The notes under the pieces are model-generated. The model saw only the letters and a list, made by a program, of their open reading frames with translations. It was not told the origin of the DNA and did not search any database. DNA of 63,903 bases, counting the filler, from a bacterium (GTDB lineage: Bacteria > UBA9089 > CG2-30-40-21 > SBAY01), in NCBI GenBank assembly GCA_040757115.1. It is 6 parts of 6 records of this genome, joined end to end, with 100 filler letters (N's around TTAATTAATTAA, not from the genome) between each part and the next. Parts side by side here need not be neighbours in the genome. Positions count along the whole stretch, not along the records: positions 1 to 10,981 come from JBFLYA010000127.1; positions 11,082 to 22,061 come from JBFLYA010000128.1; positions 22,162 to 32,987 come from JBFLYA010000129.1; 3 more parts are not named here. One strand, written 5' to 3'. The position numbers and the translations under genes are program-made. The stretch's first letter is position 1; each line of letters begins with the position of its first letter. Below are positions 10,806 through 22,300 of the stretch, one piece after another.

Positions 10806-11527
10806 CAACAATTCGGGTGGTGTTTTAATCTAGCATAAAGGTTAAAATAGTGTGTAGGGTTCTGCAAAATAGGATTTGAGGGAGACAACAAATAAATATT
10901 AAATATCAAATATTAAATATCAAATATAAATATCAAAATGCAAAATTACAAATCAAATTTCAAAGAGGAAGTAGCAGGGTTNNNNNNNNNNNNNNNNNNN
11001 NNNNNNNNNNNNNNNNNNNNNNNNNTTAATTAATTAANNNNNNNNNNNNNNNNNNNNNNNNNNNNNNNNNNNNNNNNNNNNTTACGCAATTTGGTAATGG
11101 ACTAAATATAATCAATGAAATCTCAAAAAAGGTTAAAGATATATATAATTCTTTTGACATCGATGTATCAAATCTCTCCCCATAGTTATAACTTTTCGGG
11201 AATTTAGGTTATTAGTCAAAACTTTATTCAGAGTGGATAAGTAAAAAAAATCCCAAATCCCAAGCACCAAATCTCAAATAAACACCAAATTCCACATACC
11301 AAAAAGCGAATTAGAGATTAGTGAATTAGAGATTAGATTTTACTAATTCGCTAATTCGCTTAATTCACTAATTCACTAAATGGAATTTGGAATTTGTGAT
11401 TTGGAATTTCATAGCCCTATCTATGTCAAATTTCGATTAATAAGTGCTATAATGCGTGTCCATTTGTGACTAATTTCCTTAATTCTCTGTGAACTCGGTG
11501 CCTCTGTGGCTGAATGCTTACACATCT

Positions 11528-11938
11528 TTACGATATTAAACTTATTCCCATCATTGGAAAATGACGATCAAACCCAAACGCGTCATGAATGTTATAGCGT
11601 TGACACACAACAAAATTGGCACAATCAGTCAATGATAAGAGTGTACTTTCATATTGACGAAATACGGCGATCGATTCTTGAAAAAGGTCGTGATCAATAT
11701 ACACCACGCGTAAAATGCCTGTTTTACTCGTCAAGGTGATAATATCCAGAAATCGAATGGCGATATGATGACTGCTATCATACCTTAGTCGAGTCACGGT
11801 TTCGTCAAGAACATAATCTGTTGTGAGTAAATAGGCGCGTTGTTGCTTCAACCGGTTATAGAGCCGATTTGCCTCTTTATGATAGTGATCGTTACTATCG
11901 GTTAGAGCAATCCACGCTCCTGTATCGACAAAAATCAT
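11528..11938 (-). CDS. PIN-domain (VapC) toxin
   Basis: IFVDTGAW, DET, SLTD, FDRHF. Confidence 0.9.
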   Translation of the reverse strand: MIFVDTGAWIALTDSNDHYHKEANRLYNRLKQQRAYLLTTDYVLDETVTRLRYDSSHHIAIRFLDIITLTSKTGILRVVYIDHDLFQESIAVFRQYESTLLSLTDCANFVVCQRYNIHDAFGFDRHFPMMGISLIS

Positions 11939-12162
11939 GCTGCACCCCTTGTATATAAAATCTTATTATGATTTACTGAGGCATCCTCCTGATTGGTGTG
12001 ACATAAGCCAATCATTTGATCAAGCAACGCATAGCCGTCAGTCTCTTCAGTGGGTTCGATCACTTCGATATCCACCCAAATTTTCTGTTGTGGCATCGTT
12101 TTCACGATATCGATCATGGGAATATATAATCCATCCTCTCGTTTAATTGCTTCAACTTGCAT
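11935..12162 (-). CDS. Putative antitoxin of the PIN toxin
   Basis: 75 aa, 4-nt overlap with the PIN gene, C-terminal DASVNHNKILY. Confidence 0.75.
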   Translation of the reverse strand: MQVEAIKREDGLYIPMIDIVKTMPQQKIWVDIEVIEPTEETDGYALLDQMIGLCHTNQEDASVNHNKILYTRGAA

Positions 12163-12197
12163 AATATCTACCTCCCTCTCGTATAATATAAATTATG

Positions 12198-12658
12198 GTA
12201 AGCGTTCAGGTGGTGTAACAAAAGGAGATGTGGAGATTAAGGAGATAGGGAGATATTATTAAAAAAATTGGTAACTATTCACCATTCACAATTTCTTCCC
12301 TAAATTTCCTTAATAATGGTGAATGGTGAATTGTCAATTGTGAATTGTGAATTATCACTCTTCACGGTGTCAAGCAAACCTGGCCCAAGAGTTCGATGCA
12401 CCGCTATAGCGCATCCAATGACTCTATTCGATAATTCATCAAATTTCACTTCGTGCTCTCCGTACCCTTCGTGGTGAATAGTTACAAAAATTGAAATTAA
12501 TAGAAACTAATAGAAATTTATGGAAATTTGTTGTTTTCCCCAATCAATTTCTACCTAATTTCTATAAGTTTCAATCTATTTCTATTATCTTATCTCCATA
12601 TCACTCTTATCTCCTTATCCCCTTTCTTACACTTTTGATATATAGCCTGAACGGTTAC
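12198..12658. mobile_element. IS66-end MITE with a nested MITE at 12271-12485
   Basis: gtaagcgttcagg...cctgaacggttac. Inner element has the 8-bp TSD aaaaattg; the empty site is seen in the copies at 21939 and 51871. Confidence 0.9.
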
Positions 12659-12685
12659 GAAAATTCTACCTCATCTTTCATTTAA

Positions 12686-12807
12686 TGTCCCATAGGGACA
12701 ATATATCGGTAAATGGCTTTCCATAAATTTTCTACCAATATATCGTTCCTACGGAACTGATTGATTTGTCTATCTATTTCTACCGATATTATGTTCCTAA
12801 CGGAACA
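12686..12807. repeat. Triplet of short REP-like hairpin units
   Basis: gtcccatagggac / gttcctacggaac / gttcctaacggaac with ctacc.atat flanks. Confidence 0.55.
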
Positions 12808-13015
12808 ATTATTCTCATGCCTTATTTATGGGTATTATCCTATGTAAACTTCCAGTTAATAACTGCTATATCTTCTTTTTTGCAGACAATCTCTAATATC
12901 CGCATATACCACCACACTCTTAAGGTGTGACTCTAATTCTTGGCTGTTAAAAATGGAAAAATATGGACAGGGAGTTCAACTTGAACAATTAATTAGAAGG
13001 GATGTAAAGTGAGGA

Positions 13016-13387
13016 CTAATTTCCTTCTGCAACCATTTTTATGAAGTCTGTTGAGGTGAAAATACCGAGTGAACTTTTATCTTTTATGGTGATACGATGG
13101 AATTTATTGTCTGACATATACTTAGCCGCGGCTCTTGAATTCATTGTTTTTGCCTCTTCGACGCTAATTATTTTAAATTCTCTTTGCTCACAGAATTCTT
13201 TCAGATTTTGGTCTGACGGCTTATCATGTTCTGTAACTATCCCGAGAGTTTTACCTTCACGGTCAACAACAAACAAACAACTTCGATTCAATTCTTTCAT
13301 CCGTTGAAGGGCAAAATTGACGGTTCTATTCCAATCTACAGTCAGTAACGATTCAAATGTAGCGTAATCTGCGACAAATTTCTGCAT
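13016..13387 (-). CDS. CBS-domain protein
   Basis: CBS pair (VVDREGKTLGIVTEHD; GIFTSTDF); GGAGG RBS inside the qmoC 3' end. Confidence 0.75.
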   Translation of the reverse strand: MQKFVADYATFESLLTVDWNRTVNFALQRMKELNRSCLFVVDREGKTLGIVTEHDKPSDQNLKEFCEQREFKIISVEEAKTMNSRAAAKYMSDNKFHRITIKDKSSLGIFTSTDFIKMVAEGN

Positions 13388-13389
13388 TT

Positions 13390-14493
13390 TTACACCTCCC
13401 GTTGACATTGTTTTGCATAAACCATAGCCGCTGTCCGATAAAGTAAATGAGCGAGTTTAGAATATGGGGCATAGATAAATAGGTAAAATACACTGACTAA
13501 ATGGAGAAAGTAAATGGGATAAGCCAGGATGGTTATATTTGCCCATCGCGTAAATTGTGAAAGTATCCCGGTCAGGACAACTACGGCAATGACAACAATG
13601 AGTGACCAGTCAAAGTAAGACCCTAAACCTGTCTTTTCCTTGTTTTTCAACCGGTTACCAATGACCAATATAATTCCAATAAGCAATGTGAGAGCACTGA
13701 TATTGCCAATTATCTTTACTGGACTGAGTAATGGATAAGGGGATTCCTGTTTCAAGATATAGAGATAGAAAACGGCTAAAGCAGTTGTTATTGCCAGCCC
13801 AATAAATCCGTAAAAAACACCAAGATGGGCAATCGACCTGAGTTTGTTCACTTCGCATTTATTAAATCGGTTATGAGTTAATATCTCAACAATTGTTGAA
13901 ATAAGACTGGGAATTAAGCCTATCTTTGCATTTGGTCCAGATATATCTTTCCAATATCTGGTAATTCCCACACCAAAGACTATTGCCGCAAATAATGCCA
14001 CAGGTATAAAAATAGCATCAACATATTCCGTGGGCATAAACTTTGAAAAGATTATCTCGCCGGCAGGGATATTTAGATGACCGCTAATTCCTAAAACAGC
14101 CAACAACAATATTACTGGAAAGGCAATCAGAAGTGGCACATATTTCACCTGGCTAACCATTTTACCCAAAAATTTTGGAAAAGAATAATGGGTGATAACC
14201 GCTTTGCGGATAGCGGCCATTACCTCACCTGGTTTTGCCCCTCGTGGGCAATAAACCGTACAGTCGCTACACTGGTGGCAAAGCCAGATATCCGGGTCAG
14301 CCAACAATTTATCTTTTAGTCCCCACTGTGCCCAAATCATCTCTTTGCGTGGAAATGGGTTGCCATCAGGGGACAATTTACAGGTTACAGAGCAGGTGGC
14401 ACACTGAAAACATTTTTTTAGAGAATCTCCGCCAGCACAAATTGTCTCGCGGATAAATTTTAAATCAGGTTTAATTAACATTTTTCCCTCCAT
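13390..14493 (-). CDS. qmoC: Quinone-interacting membrane-bound oxidoreductase subunit QmoC
   Basis: CFQCATCSVTC and WLCHQCSDCTVYCP Fe-S motifs plus heme-b transmembrane part (PYSKLAH). Confidence 0.93.
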   Translation of the reverse strand: MEGKMLIKPDLKFIRETICAGGDSLKKCFQCATCSVTCKLSPDGNPFPRKEMIWAQWGLKDKLLADPDIWLCHQCSDCTVYCPRGAKPGEVMAAIRKAVITHYSFPKFLGKMVSQVKYVPLLIAFPVILLLAVLGISGHLNIPAGEIIFSKFMPTEYVDAIFIPVALFAAIVFGVGITRYWKDISGPNAKIGLIPSLISTIVEILTHNRFNKCEVNKLRSIAHLGVFYGFIGLAITTALAVFYLYILKQESPYPLLSPVKIIGNISALTLLIGIILVIGNRLKNKEKTGLGSYFDWSLIVVIAVVVLTGILSQFTRWANITILAYPIYFLHLVSVFYLFIYAPYSKLAHLLYRTAAMVYAKQCQREV

Positions 14494-14529
14494 TAATGGT
14501 CGGACAAGTCTGACTCGTTTGATGTTAAC

Positions 14530-16767
14530 TTAAAATCCCTTAAATGGATTTGGGCCTACCTTATCAATAGTTGCCATAAAATCCTTAAATATTCCTGGTA
14601 ACAAATCATATTCATTAATTGCAAGTTGAACCATTTTTACCCGGTCAGATTCAAGAGCCAATCTATTTAGCGTTTCCTGAACCTTACCGAGCCGATAATT
14701 GGCTAATTCACTTCCTTTGACAAAGTGGCATTGATAGTCATCCCCATATTTACAGCCAATAAGAAGAATCCCATCAATTCCTTTTGATAAGGCATCTGAA
14801 ATCCAGACAAGGTTAAAAGAACCAAGACATCTCACCGGGATAATCCGAATGAATGGGCTATATTCAAGTCGTTTAACCCCAGTCATATCCAGAGCCGGGA
14901 TGGCGTCATTTTCACACATAAAGGCAAGCACTCGTGGTTTATTTTCAAATTCATCCGGCACGCTCACGGCTTTAAATATAGATGAGATAATGTCAATCGA
15001 ATAATTTTTAAAATTGATTATCCTTTCCGGACAGGCACCCATACAGGTCCCGCATCTTCGACATCGAGTAATATTTGGTAAAGGATTGAATTTCTCATCC
15101 TCATTAATTGCTCCAAACGGACATTCATCCGTGCATCTTTTACACTGGGTGCATCTTTGCATAAAAAAGTCGGGATAACTGCGGTCACTAACCCTTGGGT
15201 GAACTGCTTCGCCTTTACTGATTAATTCGATACATTGAATTGCCTTCAACGCCGCTCCACTTGCATCCTCTATACAGGCGGCAATATCCATTGGCTGACG
15301 CACACATCCTGCCGCATATATGCCCGTTCTCCGCGTCTCATAAGGAAAACAAATAAAATGTGAATCCGGAAAACCATACTTTAATTGGGGCAATTCCGGT
15401 CCTTGCCGATAGTCCAGATTCAGAATATCTGATTTAATGATGGGGTCTTGAGGCAGAGTTGGTTCTTCTTTTTTACAGGCTTCTTCCTGGCATTCTATCG
15501 TCTCTTTTTTTATCAGCCTTTCAATTGCGGTTGTTGGCACCATTCCTGTTGCCAGAACAACTAAATCGGCTTCAATAACCATATCTTCGCCCAGCAATGT
15601 ATCTTTAATCGTGATTGTTAGATTATTCCCATCTATAACTTCTACCCCAACGACCTCTCCTTTAGTTAAAAAAACGCCTTCATCTTCTTGAGCCTTGATG
15701 TAAAAATCCTCATAAAGTCCCATTGTCCGCATATCCTTGTAAAATATGTAAGCCATTGCCTCCCGGTTTTGTTGCCGAACATAGAGGGCTTGTTTAAGAG
15801 AGGTCATACAGCAATAGGTCGAACAATACGGCAGACGCTCTTTATCCCGCGAACCAGCACATTGAATAAAGGCAACATTTTTCGCCGGTTGACCATCTGA
15901 CGGTCTGGTAATCAAACCCTTTTTAGCCAATTCCTCCATCTGAACATTGGTAATCACATTTGGCGATTTGCCAAAACCAAGATATTCAAGTCCACTGGCA
16001 TCATAAGGCTGGAATCCAGCGGCTAAAACTATTGCCCCAACCCGAAATTGGTTTGTCTTTTCATTTTGATTCACAGTAACATCAAATAAACCAGGACCAC
16101 CGGCAATCTTTTCTATTTTTGTCTCGGTATAAACCTTGATTCTCTGATTGGCAGAAATCTCTTTAATCATTTCGAGATGAATTGGTATTTGAAGTTCCTG
16201 ATATGGGGATTGGATAGGAAATTGTTTATGAAGTTTAGTCAGGAAACCACCCAGGTCTTTTTCTTTTTCAACTAAAATTACTGTTTGACCTGCTTTTGCA
16301 GATTCAAGAGCCGCCGTCATCCCGGTTATACCACCACCAACGACTAAAATATCCCGACTTATCTCTGTTTCAGGTTGATATGGGTCTAACAATTCTGTTT
16401 TTTGAGCCTTAACAATGCCCATTTTGAGATAATCTTCAGCCATCATTTGAGTATCTGGTTGATTTGGTGGCTGACACCAGATAACCTGTTCCCGCAGGTT
16501 GACCCGCTCCATAATTTTATCGGTATCAAACGCAAATACATCCTGGTTGACCCGTGGAGAGCAACCCGCAATAACAATAGTATTTATTCCATTCCCCTGG
16601 CAATCCTGATTAATTAATGCCAGACCATCTTGACTGCATAAGCTATGATGGGTTTTACAAACAGGGGTTTTGTATTCATTAATTGCGACATTTGATAGTT
16701 TTTCCAGGTCAATAGCTTCACCAATACCACAACCTGAACACAAGTAAACACCTAATTTCTTTTCCAT
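14530..16767 (-). CDS. qmoB: QmoB (HdrA-like with MvhD domain)
   Basis: VGGGITG, QCAGSRD, CSTYCC, two ferredoxin motifs, C-terminal MvhD (CENDA, VRCLG, GCKYGDDYQC). Confidence 0.93.
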   Translation of the reverse strand: MEKKLGVYLCSGCGIGEAIDLEKLSNVAINEYKTPVCKTHHSLCSQDGLALINQDCQGNGINTIVIAGCSPRVNQDVFAFDTDKIMERVNLREQVIWCQPPNQPDTQMMAEDYLKMGIVKAQKTELLDPYQPETEISRDILVVGGGITGMTAALESAKAGQTVILVEKEKDLGGFLTKLHKQFPIQSPYQELQIPIHLEMIKEISANQRIKVYTETKIEKIAGGPGLFDVTVNQNEKTNQFRVGAIVLAAGFQPYDASGLEYLGFGKSPNVITNVQMEELAKKGLITRPSDGQPAKNVAFIQCAGSRDKERLPYCSTYCCMTSLKQALYVRQQNREAMAYIFYKDMRTMGLYEDFYIKAQEDEGVFLTKGEVVGVEVIDGNNLTITIKDTLLGEDMVIEADLVVLATGMVPTTAIERLIKKETIECQEEACKKEEPTLPQDPIIKSDILNLDYRQGPELPQLKYGFPDSHFICFPYETRRTGIYAAGCVRQPMDIAACIEDASGAALKAIQCIELISKGEAVHPRVSDRSYPDFFMQRCTQCKRCTDECPFGAINEDEKFNPLPNITRCRRCGTCMGACPERIINFKNYSIDIISSIFKAVSVPDEFENKPRVLAFMCENDAIPALDMTGVKRLEYSPFIRIIPVRCLGSFNLVWISDALSKGIDGILLIGCKYGDDYQCHFVKGSELANYRLGKVQETLNRLALESDRVKMVQLAINEYDLLPGIFKDFMATIDKVGPNPFKGF

Positions 16768-16772
16768 AAATC

Positions 16773-17984
16773 TTATCCTTTTTGAATAGCCTTAAGTGCC
16801 GCTGAGGTAGCATCTTGAACTGATGAGGTAACATCTTGAGGTTTTTTCGCTACCCCTGCCGCATAAATTCCTTTTTCCGGAATAATAAATCCATTTTTAT
16901 CCTGCTGGATGAAATTTAAGCCTTGCCTGCCTGGTTCCATCCCGCAGGCTAAAACTACCAGGTCAACCCTTACCTTATTTTTATTTCCAGCCAGAATATC
17001 CTCCGCTTCAACAATCAATTCTCCGTTATCTTCCTCAACCGAGGCGACTTTGCCCTTGATTAATTTAACCTTTTCATCAGCCTGCACCCGATTATAAAAA
17101 TCCTCATATTTACCCGGGGTGCGAATATCAATATAAAACATAAAAGCCTCTGACTCGGGGATACCTTCTCTCAGATAAGTTATTTGTTTTAAAGAGGCAA
17201 GACAACAAACCGCTGAGCAATATGGCAGGTGGTTTTCATCCCGAGAGCCAGCACATTGGACAAAGGCAACCTTTTTTGGTTCTTTTTGGTCAGAAGGTCG
17301 CAGGATTTTACCGTTGGTTGGACCATTTGGTGCGGCAAGACGCTCCATCATCATATTGGTAATCACATCCTTGTATTTACCAAACCCAAGGTTATCAATC
17401 TTTGAGGCGTCGTAAGGTTGCCAGCCTGTCGCCACAACTATAGAACGGACATTAATTTGTTTTGTCTGTGGTTGCATCTCTAAATCAATTGCTTTGTATG
17501 GACAGGCATCCACACAAGAACCACATTTGATACAAACAGTATTGTCAATGACATATTTGTATGGAAATGCTAATTGATGGGGAAGATGAATGGTTTTGGT
17601 CTGGCTTAAGTTTAAATTAAAATCATCATTGCGGTCTGCTGGACAAACTTTAGCACATTCTCCACAGGCAGTACATTTTTCCGTAACAAATCGTGGATTA
17701 ATCCGCAGAGTAACATCATAATTCCCCTCCTGACCACTAATTTTTTCTACTTCTGTCAGGGTAAAATACTTAATTCGGTTGTTTGTTTTAATTCGACGGA
17801 GGTTTATCTCCATTCCACAGTATGGTGGACAGAGTTTAGGAAAATAGCGATTCATCATCACCACTTTGCCGCCCAGATACGGCTTTTTTTCAATAAGCGT
17901 AACATTATAACCCGCTTCACCCGCTTCAACTGCGGTGGTTATGCCGCTGATTCCGCCACCAATTACCAGGATATCCTTTAACAC
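16773..17984 (-). CDS. qmoA: QmoA (HdrA-like flavoprotein)
   Basis: ILVIGGGISG, YFPKLCPPYCG, QCAGSRD; GTG start after GAGG preferred over 18050. Confidence 0.92.
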   Translation of the reverse strand: MLKDILVIGGGISGITTAVEAGEAGYNVTLIEKKPYLGGKVVMMNRYFPKLCPPYCGMEINLRRIKTNNRIKYFTLTEVEKISGQEGNYDVTLRINPRFVTEKCTACGECAKVCPADRNDDFNLNLSQTKTIHLPHQLAFPYKYVIDNTVCIKCGSCVDACPYKAIDLEMQPQTKQINVRSIVVATGWQPYDASKIDNLGFGKYKDVITNMMMERLAAPNGPTNGKILRPSDQKEPKKVAFVQCAGSRDENHLPYCSAVCCLASLKQITYLREGIPESEAFMFYIDIRTPGKYEDFYNRVQADEKVKLIKGKVASVEEDNGELIVEAEDILAGNKNKVRVDLVVLACGMEPGRQGLNFIQQDKNGFIIPEKGIYAAGVAKKPQDVTSSVQDATSAALKAIQKG

Positions 17985-18068
17985 TAGTTCACCTCTTGAA
18001 GAGCTCAACGGGTGAGGTATCATAGGACATATATGTTTTATGTTCCCCACCCGTTAGCCATAAAATGT

Positions 18069-19994
18069 TTACTTTGGCACCAAATCCTTATGTGCCTTTT
18101 TGAATATCTCCCATTGAGCTGTCTTTGGGTCGTATTTCGAGTTGACAAAGCATTTCCAGTCATTATCATTAATCAGATTAAAATCTGACCGATAATAGAA
18201 TCCTGGATATCGGCTTTCTTGTCTAAACAGGATATGTCGCAGATGAATCTCTGCGGTCCAGATACGATGATAATTTTCCCAACATCTCATCAACTCATGC
18301 AGGTCTTTAGCGGCCATCTTTTTAGAATCTTCTTTAAGCATTTCAAGAAGGTTCAGTGCCGTTTCCAGCATAACTTTGTTAGTAATATAGTGAGTTTGGC
18401 AACCACCACCGTATTCATCCATAATCTTATTCAGACGAAACATTAACATTTTCGGTTTAATGTAATATGGGTTGACATCAGGGTCAACAGAATATCCTTT
18501 CTGATTCTCATAGTTAATGAACGGCAGGTAGATTTCATCCGCCAGTTCTCTTTTATCCTTAGTCACAGTTGGTGTAAAATCTTTACTGTCAAGGATAAAT
18601 TTAATTGCGGCTTTACCTGCGATTCTACCTTCACAATGAGAGCCAGATGAGAATTTATGACCTGATGCACCAACGCCGTCGCCAGCTGTGAATAACCCTT
18701 GAACTGTAGTCATACGATTGTAACCCCATTGCCATTCTGCAGGAGCAATATCCTCCGGACCACTAACCCAAATTCCACTGCAACCTGAGTGTGAACCTAA
18801 GAGATATGGTTCTGTAGGCATCAGTTCAGACATATTCGTTTCTGGGGCAATATTCATCCCTGCCCAGAATCCCGCCTGACCAATACACATATCGAGGAAA
18901 TCTTCCCATGCCTCTGATTCAAGTTCTCGACATTTCTTTGGCTCATTGTTATATTTGGCAAACAACTCTTTCATTGCTGTAGGTGTATCCATATAGACAG
19001 GTCCTCTACCTCTTCTCATCTCTTCAAGCATCTGATGATTTCGTAAACAGGTAGGAACTACTTTAGAACCACCATAGGGCATATAGTCATTAAGCAGGTC
19101 TTTATTTTTTACTGTATAATCCTCCCCCATTGCGTTTAAGGCTTTTGCCTTGAATAATAAGAACCATGCTCCGACTGGACCAGCACCGTCTTTAAATCTG
19201 CACGGGACAAAGCGGTTTTCCATCATTGTTAGTTCTGCCCCAACCTGGGTGGCCATCGTATATGTTGAGCCAGCATTCCAGATTGGATACCATGCCCGAC
19301 CCATACCTTCGGCAGTTGATTGTCTTGGTCTAAAGATGTTTACCGCACCGCCACAAGCCATCAGAATCGCCTTAGCCCGAAAGATATAGATTTTATTTTC
19401 ACGGACGCTAAATCCAACCGCACCAGCAATTCTATTTTGCTCTTTTTCGTCAAGCAAGAGTTTAACAATAAAAACCCTTTCATAGATATTTTCCATACCC
19501 AGTGATGCTTTAGCCGCTTCCGCAACGATGGTTTTATAAGATTCACCATTAATCATTATTTGCCATTTACCGGTTCTGACTGGCTTACCACCTTTTTCAA
19601 GGGGAATTCCTTCACTGCCATGTTCTTTCCAGATTGGCAAACCCCATTCCTCATATCTATGAACTGTGTCGTCCACATGACGGCCAACATCATAGATTAA
19701 ATCATCGCGAACTACACCCATTAAGTCATTGGAAACCATCCGCACATAATCTTCGGGTGTATTTTCACCAAGATAGGTATTAATTGCGGAAAGTCCCTGG
19801 GCAACTGCCCCACTTCTTTCCAGAGCGGCTTTATCCACAAGTGTAATTTTCATTCCTTCAGGTGCCCATCTTTTAGTTTCAAACGCCGCTCCACAAGCGG
19901 CCATTCCACCACCTACAATCAAGAGGTCAGTATTAACTTCTACAATTTGTGGGTCTTTACAAAAATGAGATGTTTCTGCAGTAACTACAGACAT
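18069..19994 (-). CDS. aprA: Adenylylsulfate reductase alpha subunit
   Basis: RSGAVAQGLSAIN, WQIMINGES, EAWEDFLDM, SGHKFSSGS. Confidence 0.97.
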   Translation of the reverse strand: MSVVTAETSHFCKDPQIVEVNTDLLIVGGGMAACGAAFETKRWAPEGMKITLVDKAALERSGAVAQGLSAINTYLGENTPEDYVRMVSNDLMGVVRDDLIYDVGRHVDDTVHRYEEWGLPIWKEHGSEGIPLEKGGKPVRTGKWQIMINGESYKTIVAEAAKASLGMENIYERVFIVKLLLDEKEQNRIAGAVGFSVRENKIYIFRAKAILMACGGAVNIFRPRQSTAEGMGRAWYPIWNAGSTYTMATQVGAELTMMENRFVPCRFKDGAGPVGAWFLLFKAKALNAMGEDYTVKNKDLLNDYMPYGGSKVVPTCLRNHQMLEEMRRGRGPVYMDTPTAMKELFAKYNNEPKKCRELESEAWEDFLDMCIGQAGFWAGMNIAPETNMSELMPTEPYLLGSHSGCSGIWVSGPEDIAPAEWQWGYNRMTTVQGLFTAGDGVGASGHKFSSGSHCEGRIAGKAAIKFILDSKDFTPTVTKDKRELADEIYLPFINYENQKGYSVDPDVNPYYIKPKMLMFRLNKIMDEYGGGCQTHYITNKVMLETALNLLEMLKEDSKKMAAKDLHELMRCWENYHRIWTAEIHLRHILFRQESRYPGFYYRSDFNLINDNDWKCFVNSKYDPKTAQWEIFKKAHKDLVPK

Positions 19995-20049
19995 ATTCTT
20001 TTCCTCCTTATCTTAAATTATGGCAAGCAGGGATGCTTGCACTAGTGTA

Positions 20050-20484
20050 TTACTTTGCCGGGGTAGGCAGTGTTTTTCCGACCTCGGTAAAAAAGTTTTG
20101 AGATTTAATATCATCCGCAGAGGGTTGTGCTTTTCCTTCATAAGGTTTAATCGACCCCTCTGGTGTAGTCCGAATAGGGAACTTAAATCTCTTGATATTC
20201 CCATTACGGAATTTTATTGTCCACATAATCGAATCAGTCCCTCGTAAGGGAATAATGCTACCTCCCATTGGGACAATATCGGCATACGCCCTGATTTCTA
20301 TTGCCTGTTGCGGACATATTTTTGCACAGGAATAACATTCCCAGCATTGCTCCGGCTCCTGATTGATTGCCTTGGTCTTTTCGTCATTCAATCTAAACAG
20401 GTCATTAGGGCAAATGTATTGACAGGCTGTTTTATCCTGTCCTTTGCAACCATCACATTTTTCTTTAATTACAAAACTTGGCAT
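20050..20484 (-). CDS. aprB: Adenylylsulfate reductase beta subunit
   Basis: CDGCKGQDKTACQYICP, CWECYSC, RFKFPIRTT. Confidence 0.97.
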   Translation of the reverse strand: MPSFVIKEKCDGCKGQDKTACQYICPNDLFRLNDEKTKAINQEPEQCWECYSCAKICPQQAIEIRAYADIVPMGGSIIPLRGTDSIMWTIKFRNGNIKRFKFPIRTTPEGSIKPYEGKAQPSADDIKSQNFFTEVGKTLPTPAK

Positions 20485-20672
20485 AAAATTTTACCTCCTT
20501 ATTTTTGGTAATTGGTAACTGGTGAATGGTAATTAAATACCGTTCGGCTGAGTTCAGGACGAAGATATTTAACCAATTACCAATTAACCGATTATTTGCT
20601 TTTAGTTTCCTGAAACCCTATCTTTATTTTTGATTTTAGATTTTGGGTTTTGGATTTTTTTCATCACCTCCT

Positions 20673-21896
20673 CTATTTTTCTCCCTTTGCATGCTTATGT
20701 AATTTAATCTCTATCTTTTCCGCCTCGTCCAGTTTAGCATAATACTCTTTTAAAATCGCTAATACCTCAGGTCGGCTAAAGTGGTCTGGGACATCCTGAT
20801 TTTCAGACAGGAGTTTTCGGAGCATAGTCCCGCTTAAAATCACCCGATACTGATTGTCATGAGGGCAGGTTTTCATTGAAGCCATACCATCACATTTGGT
20901 GCAATAGAAAGTATTATCGATTCTAAGTGGTTGAAGCAAAAGGGCATCTGATGGAATTTCATCAAAGATGTGGTGAGCATCAAAAGGTCCATAATAATTA
21001 CCCACACCAGCGTGGTCTCGACCGACCAGGAGATGGCTACAGCCGTAGTTTTGTCTGAAAACGCCGTGGAGTAAAGCCTCGCGTGGTCCAGCATAACGCA
21101 TCTCCATTGGATAAACCCCTTGAATACAGGTATCTTTGACAAAGTAGTGTTCTGCTAAGGTATTAATTGCTCTAACACGAATATCAGCAGGTATATCTCC
21201 TGCTTTCAGTTTACCCACCAATTGATGAATAAATACGCCGTCGCAAACCTCAACCGCTATTTTAGCCAGATATTCATGAGCTCGATGCATCGGATTTCGT
21301 AATTGAAGAGCGGCTACTTTACTCCAACCTTTTTCTTTAAAAAGTTCTCTTGTCTGTGCTGGTCTCATATAAAGCTCACCGTATTCCTGTGGATAATGGA
21401 GTTCATTCAATACTTTTACCGCACCGGCTAAATTTACCATTTCCTGCGATATAACTTTATGAACCCCTGGATGCTCATGGTCAATAGTTTTAAAAACCTG
21501 TTTGCATTCATGTTCCTTATCAATTATGTATTTCTCCTCAATCTTCATTGTGCCCATTAATTCGCCGCTTTCCTCGTCAATCAAAGCGACCTCTTCACCC
21601 TTTTTTAAACTATCTGCTTGACCTTCTGTGGTTGAAAGTGTAATAGGAATAGGCCAAAAAATACCATTTGTCATCATCATTTCATTGCAAACACCCTGCC
21701 AATCAGCTTTACCCATAAAACCGGTTAATGGTGTAAAAGCACCAATACCCATCATTATCAAATCAGATGTCTCTCGCGATGTCATCTTTATTTGAGTTAA
21801 AGTTTTGGCTTTCTTTTGCTCTTCCTTTAATTCATCACCCGTTAGCAACAACGGCTTTAATTCTTCACTCCCATGTGGTGCAATTAATTTTGACAT
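20673..21896 (-). CDS. sat: Sulfate adenylyltransferase
   Basis: [30 protein letters not shown]; start MSKLIAPHG after AGGAGG. Confidence 0.96.
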   Translation of the reverse strand: MSKLIAPHGSEELKPLLLTGDELKEEQKKAKTLTQIKMTSRETSDLIMMGIGAFTPLTGFMGKADWQGVCNEMMMTNGIFWPIPITLSTTEGQADSLKKGEEVALIDEESGELMGTMKIEEKYIIDKEHECKQVFKTIDHEHPGVHKVISQEMVNLAGAVKVLNELHYPQEYGELYMRPAQTRELFKEKGWSKVAALQLRNPMHRAHEYLAKIAVEVCDGVFIHQLVGKLKAGDIPADIRVRAINTLAEHYFVKDTCIQGVYPMEMRYAGPREALLHGVFRQNYGCSHLLVGRDHAGVGNYYGPFDAHHIFDEIPSDALLLQPLRIDNTFYCTKCDGMASMKTCPHDNQYRVILSGTMLRKLLSENQDVPDHFSRPEVLAILKEYYAKLDEAEKIEIKLHKHAKGEK

Positions 21897-21938
21897 ATTT
21901 TTTCCCTCCTTAAATTGTTGATTTTTTAATTCGCAATT

Positions 21939-22283
21939 GTAAGCGTTCAGGTGGTGTAACAAAAGGAGATGTGGAGATTAAGGAGATAGGGAGATATTAT
22001 TAAAAAAATTGAAATTAATAGAAACTAATAGAAATTTATGGAAATTTGTTGTTTTCCACAANNNNNNNNNNNNNNNNNNNNNNNNNNNNNNNNNNNNNNN
22101 NNNNNTTAATTAATTAANNNNNNNNNNNNNNNNNNNNNNNNNNNNNNNNNNNNNNNNNNNNTTCCACAATCAATTTCTACCTATTTCTATAAATTTCAAT
22201 CTATTTCTATTATCTTATCTCCATATCACTCTTATCTCCTTATCCCCTTTCTTACACTTTTGATATATAGCCTGAACGGTTAC
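21939..22283. mobile_element. IS66-end MITE spanning a gap, upstream of sat
   Basis: Near-identical to the 12198 and 51871 copies. Confidence 0.8.
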
Positions 22284-22300
22284 AAATATTAAATATCAAA

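Noticed and set aside
11026-11037. TTAATTAATTAA motif recurring inside N-runs (also ~22106, 33032, 43766, 54473)
   Set aside because: Artificial all-frame stop linker from scaffolding. Adjacency across these gaps is unverified.
21897-21962. 22-aa N-terminal extension of Sat
   Set aside because: It starts within a MITE; the RBS supports the ATG at 21896.
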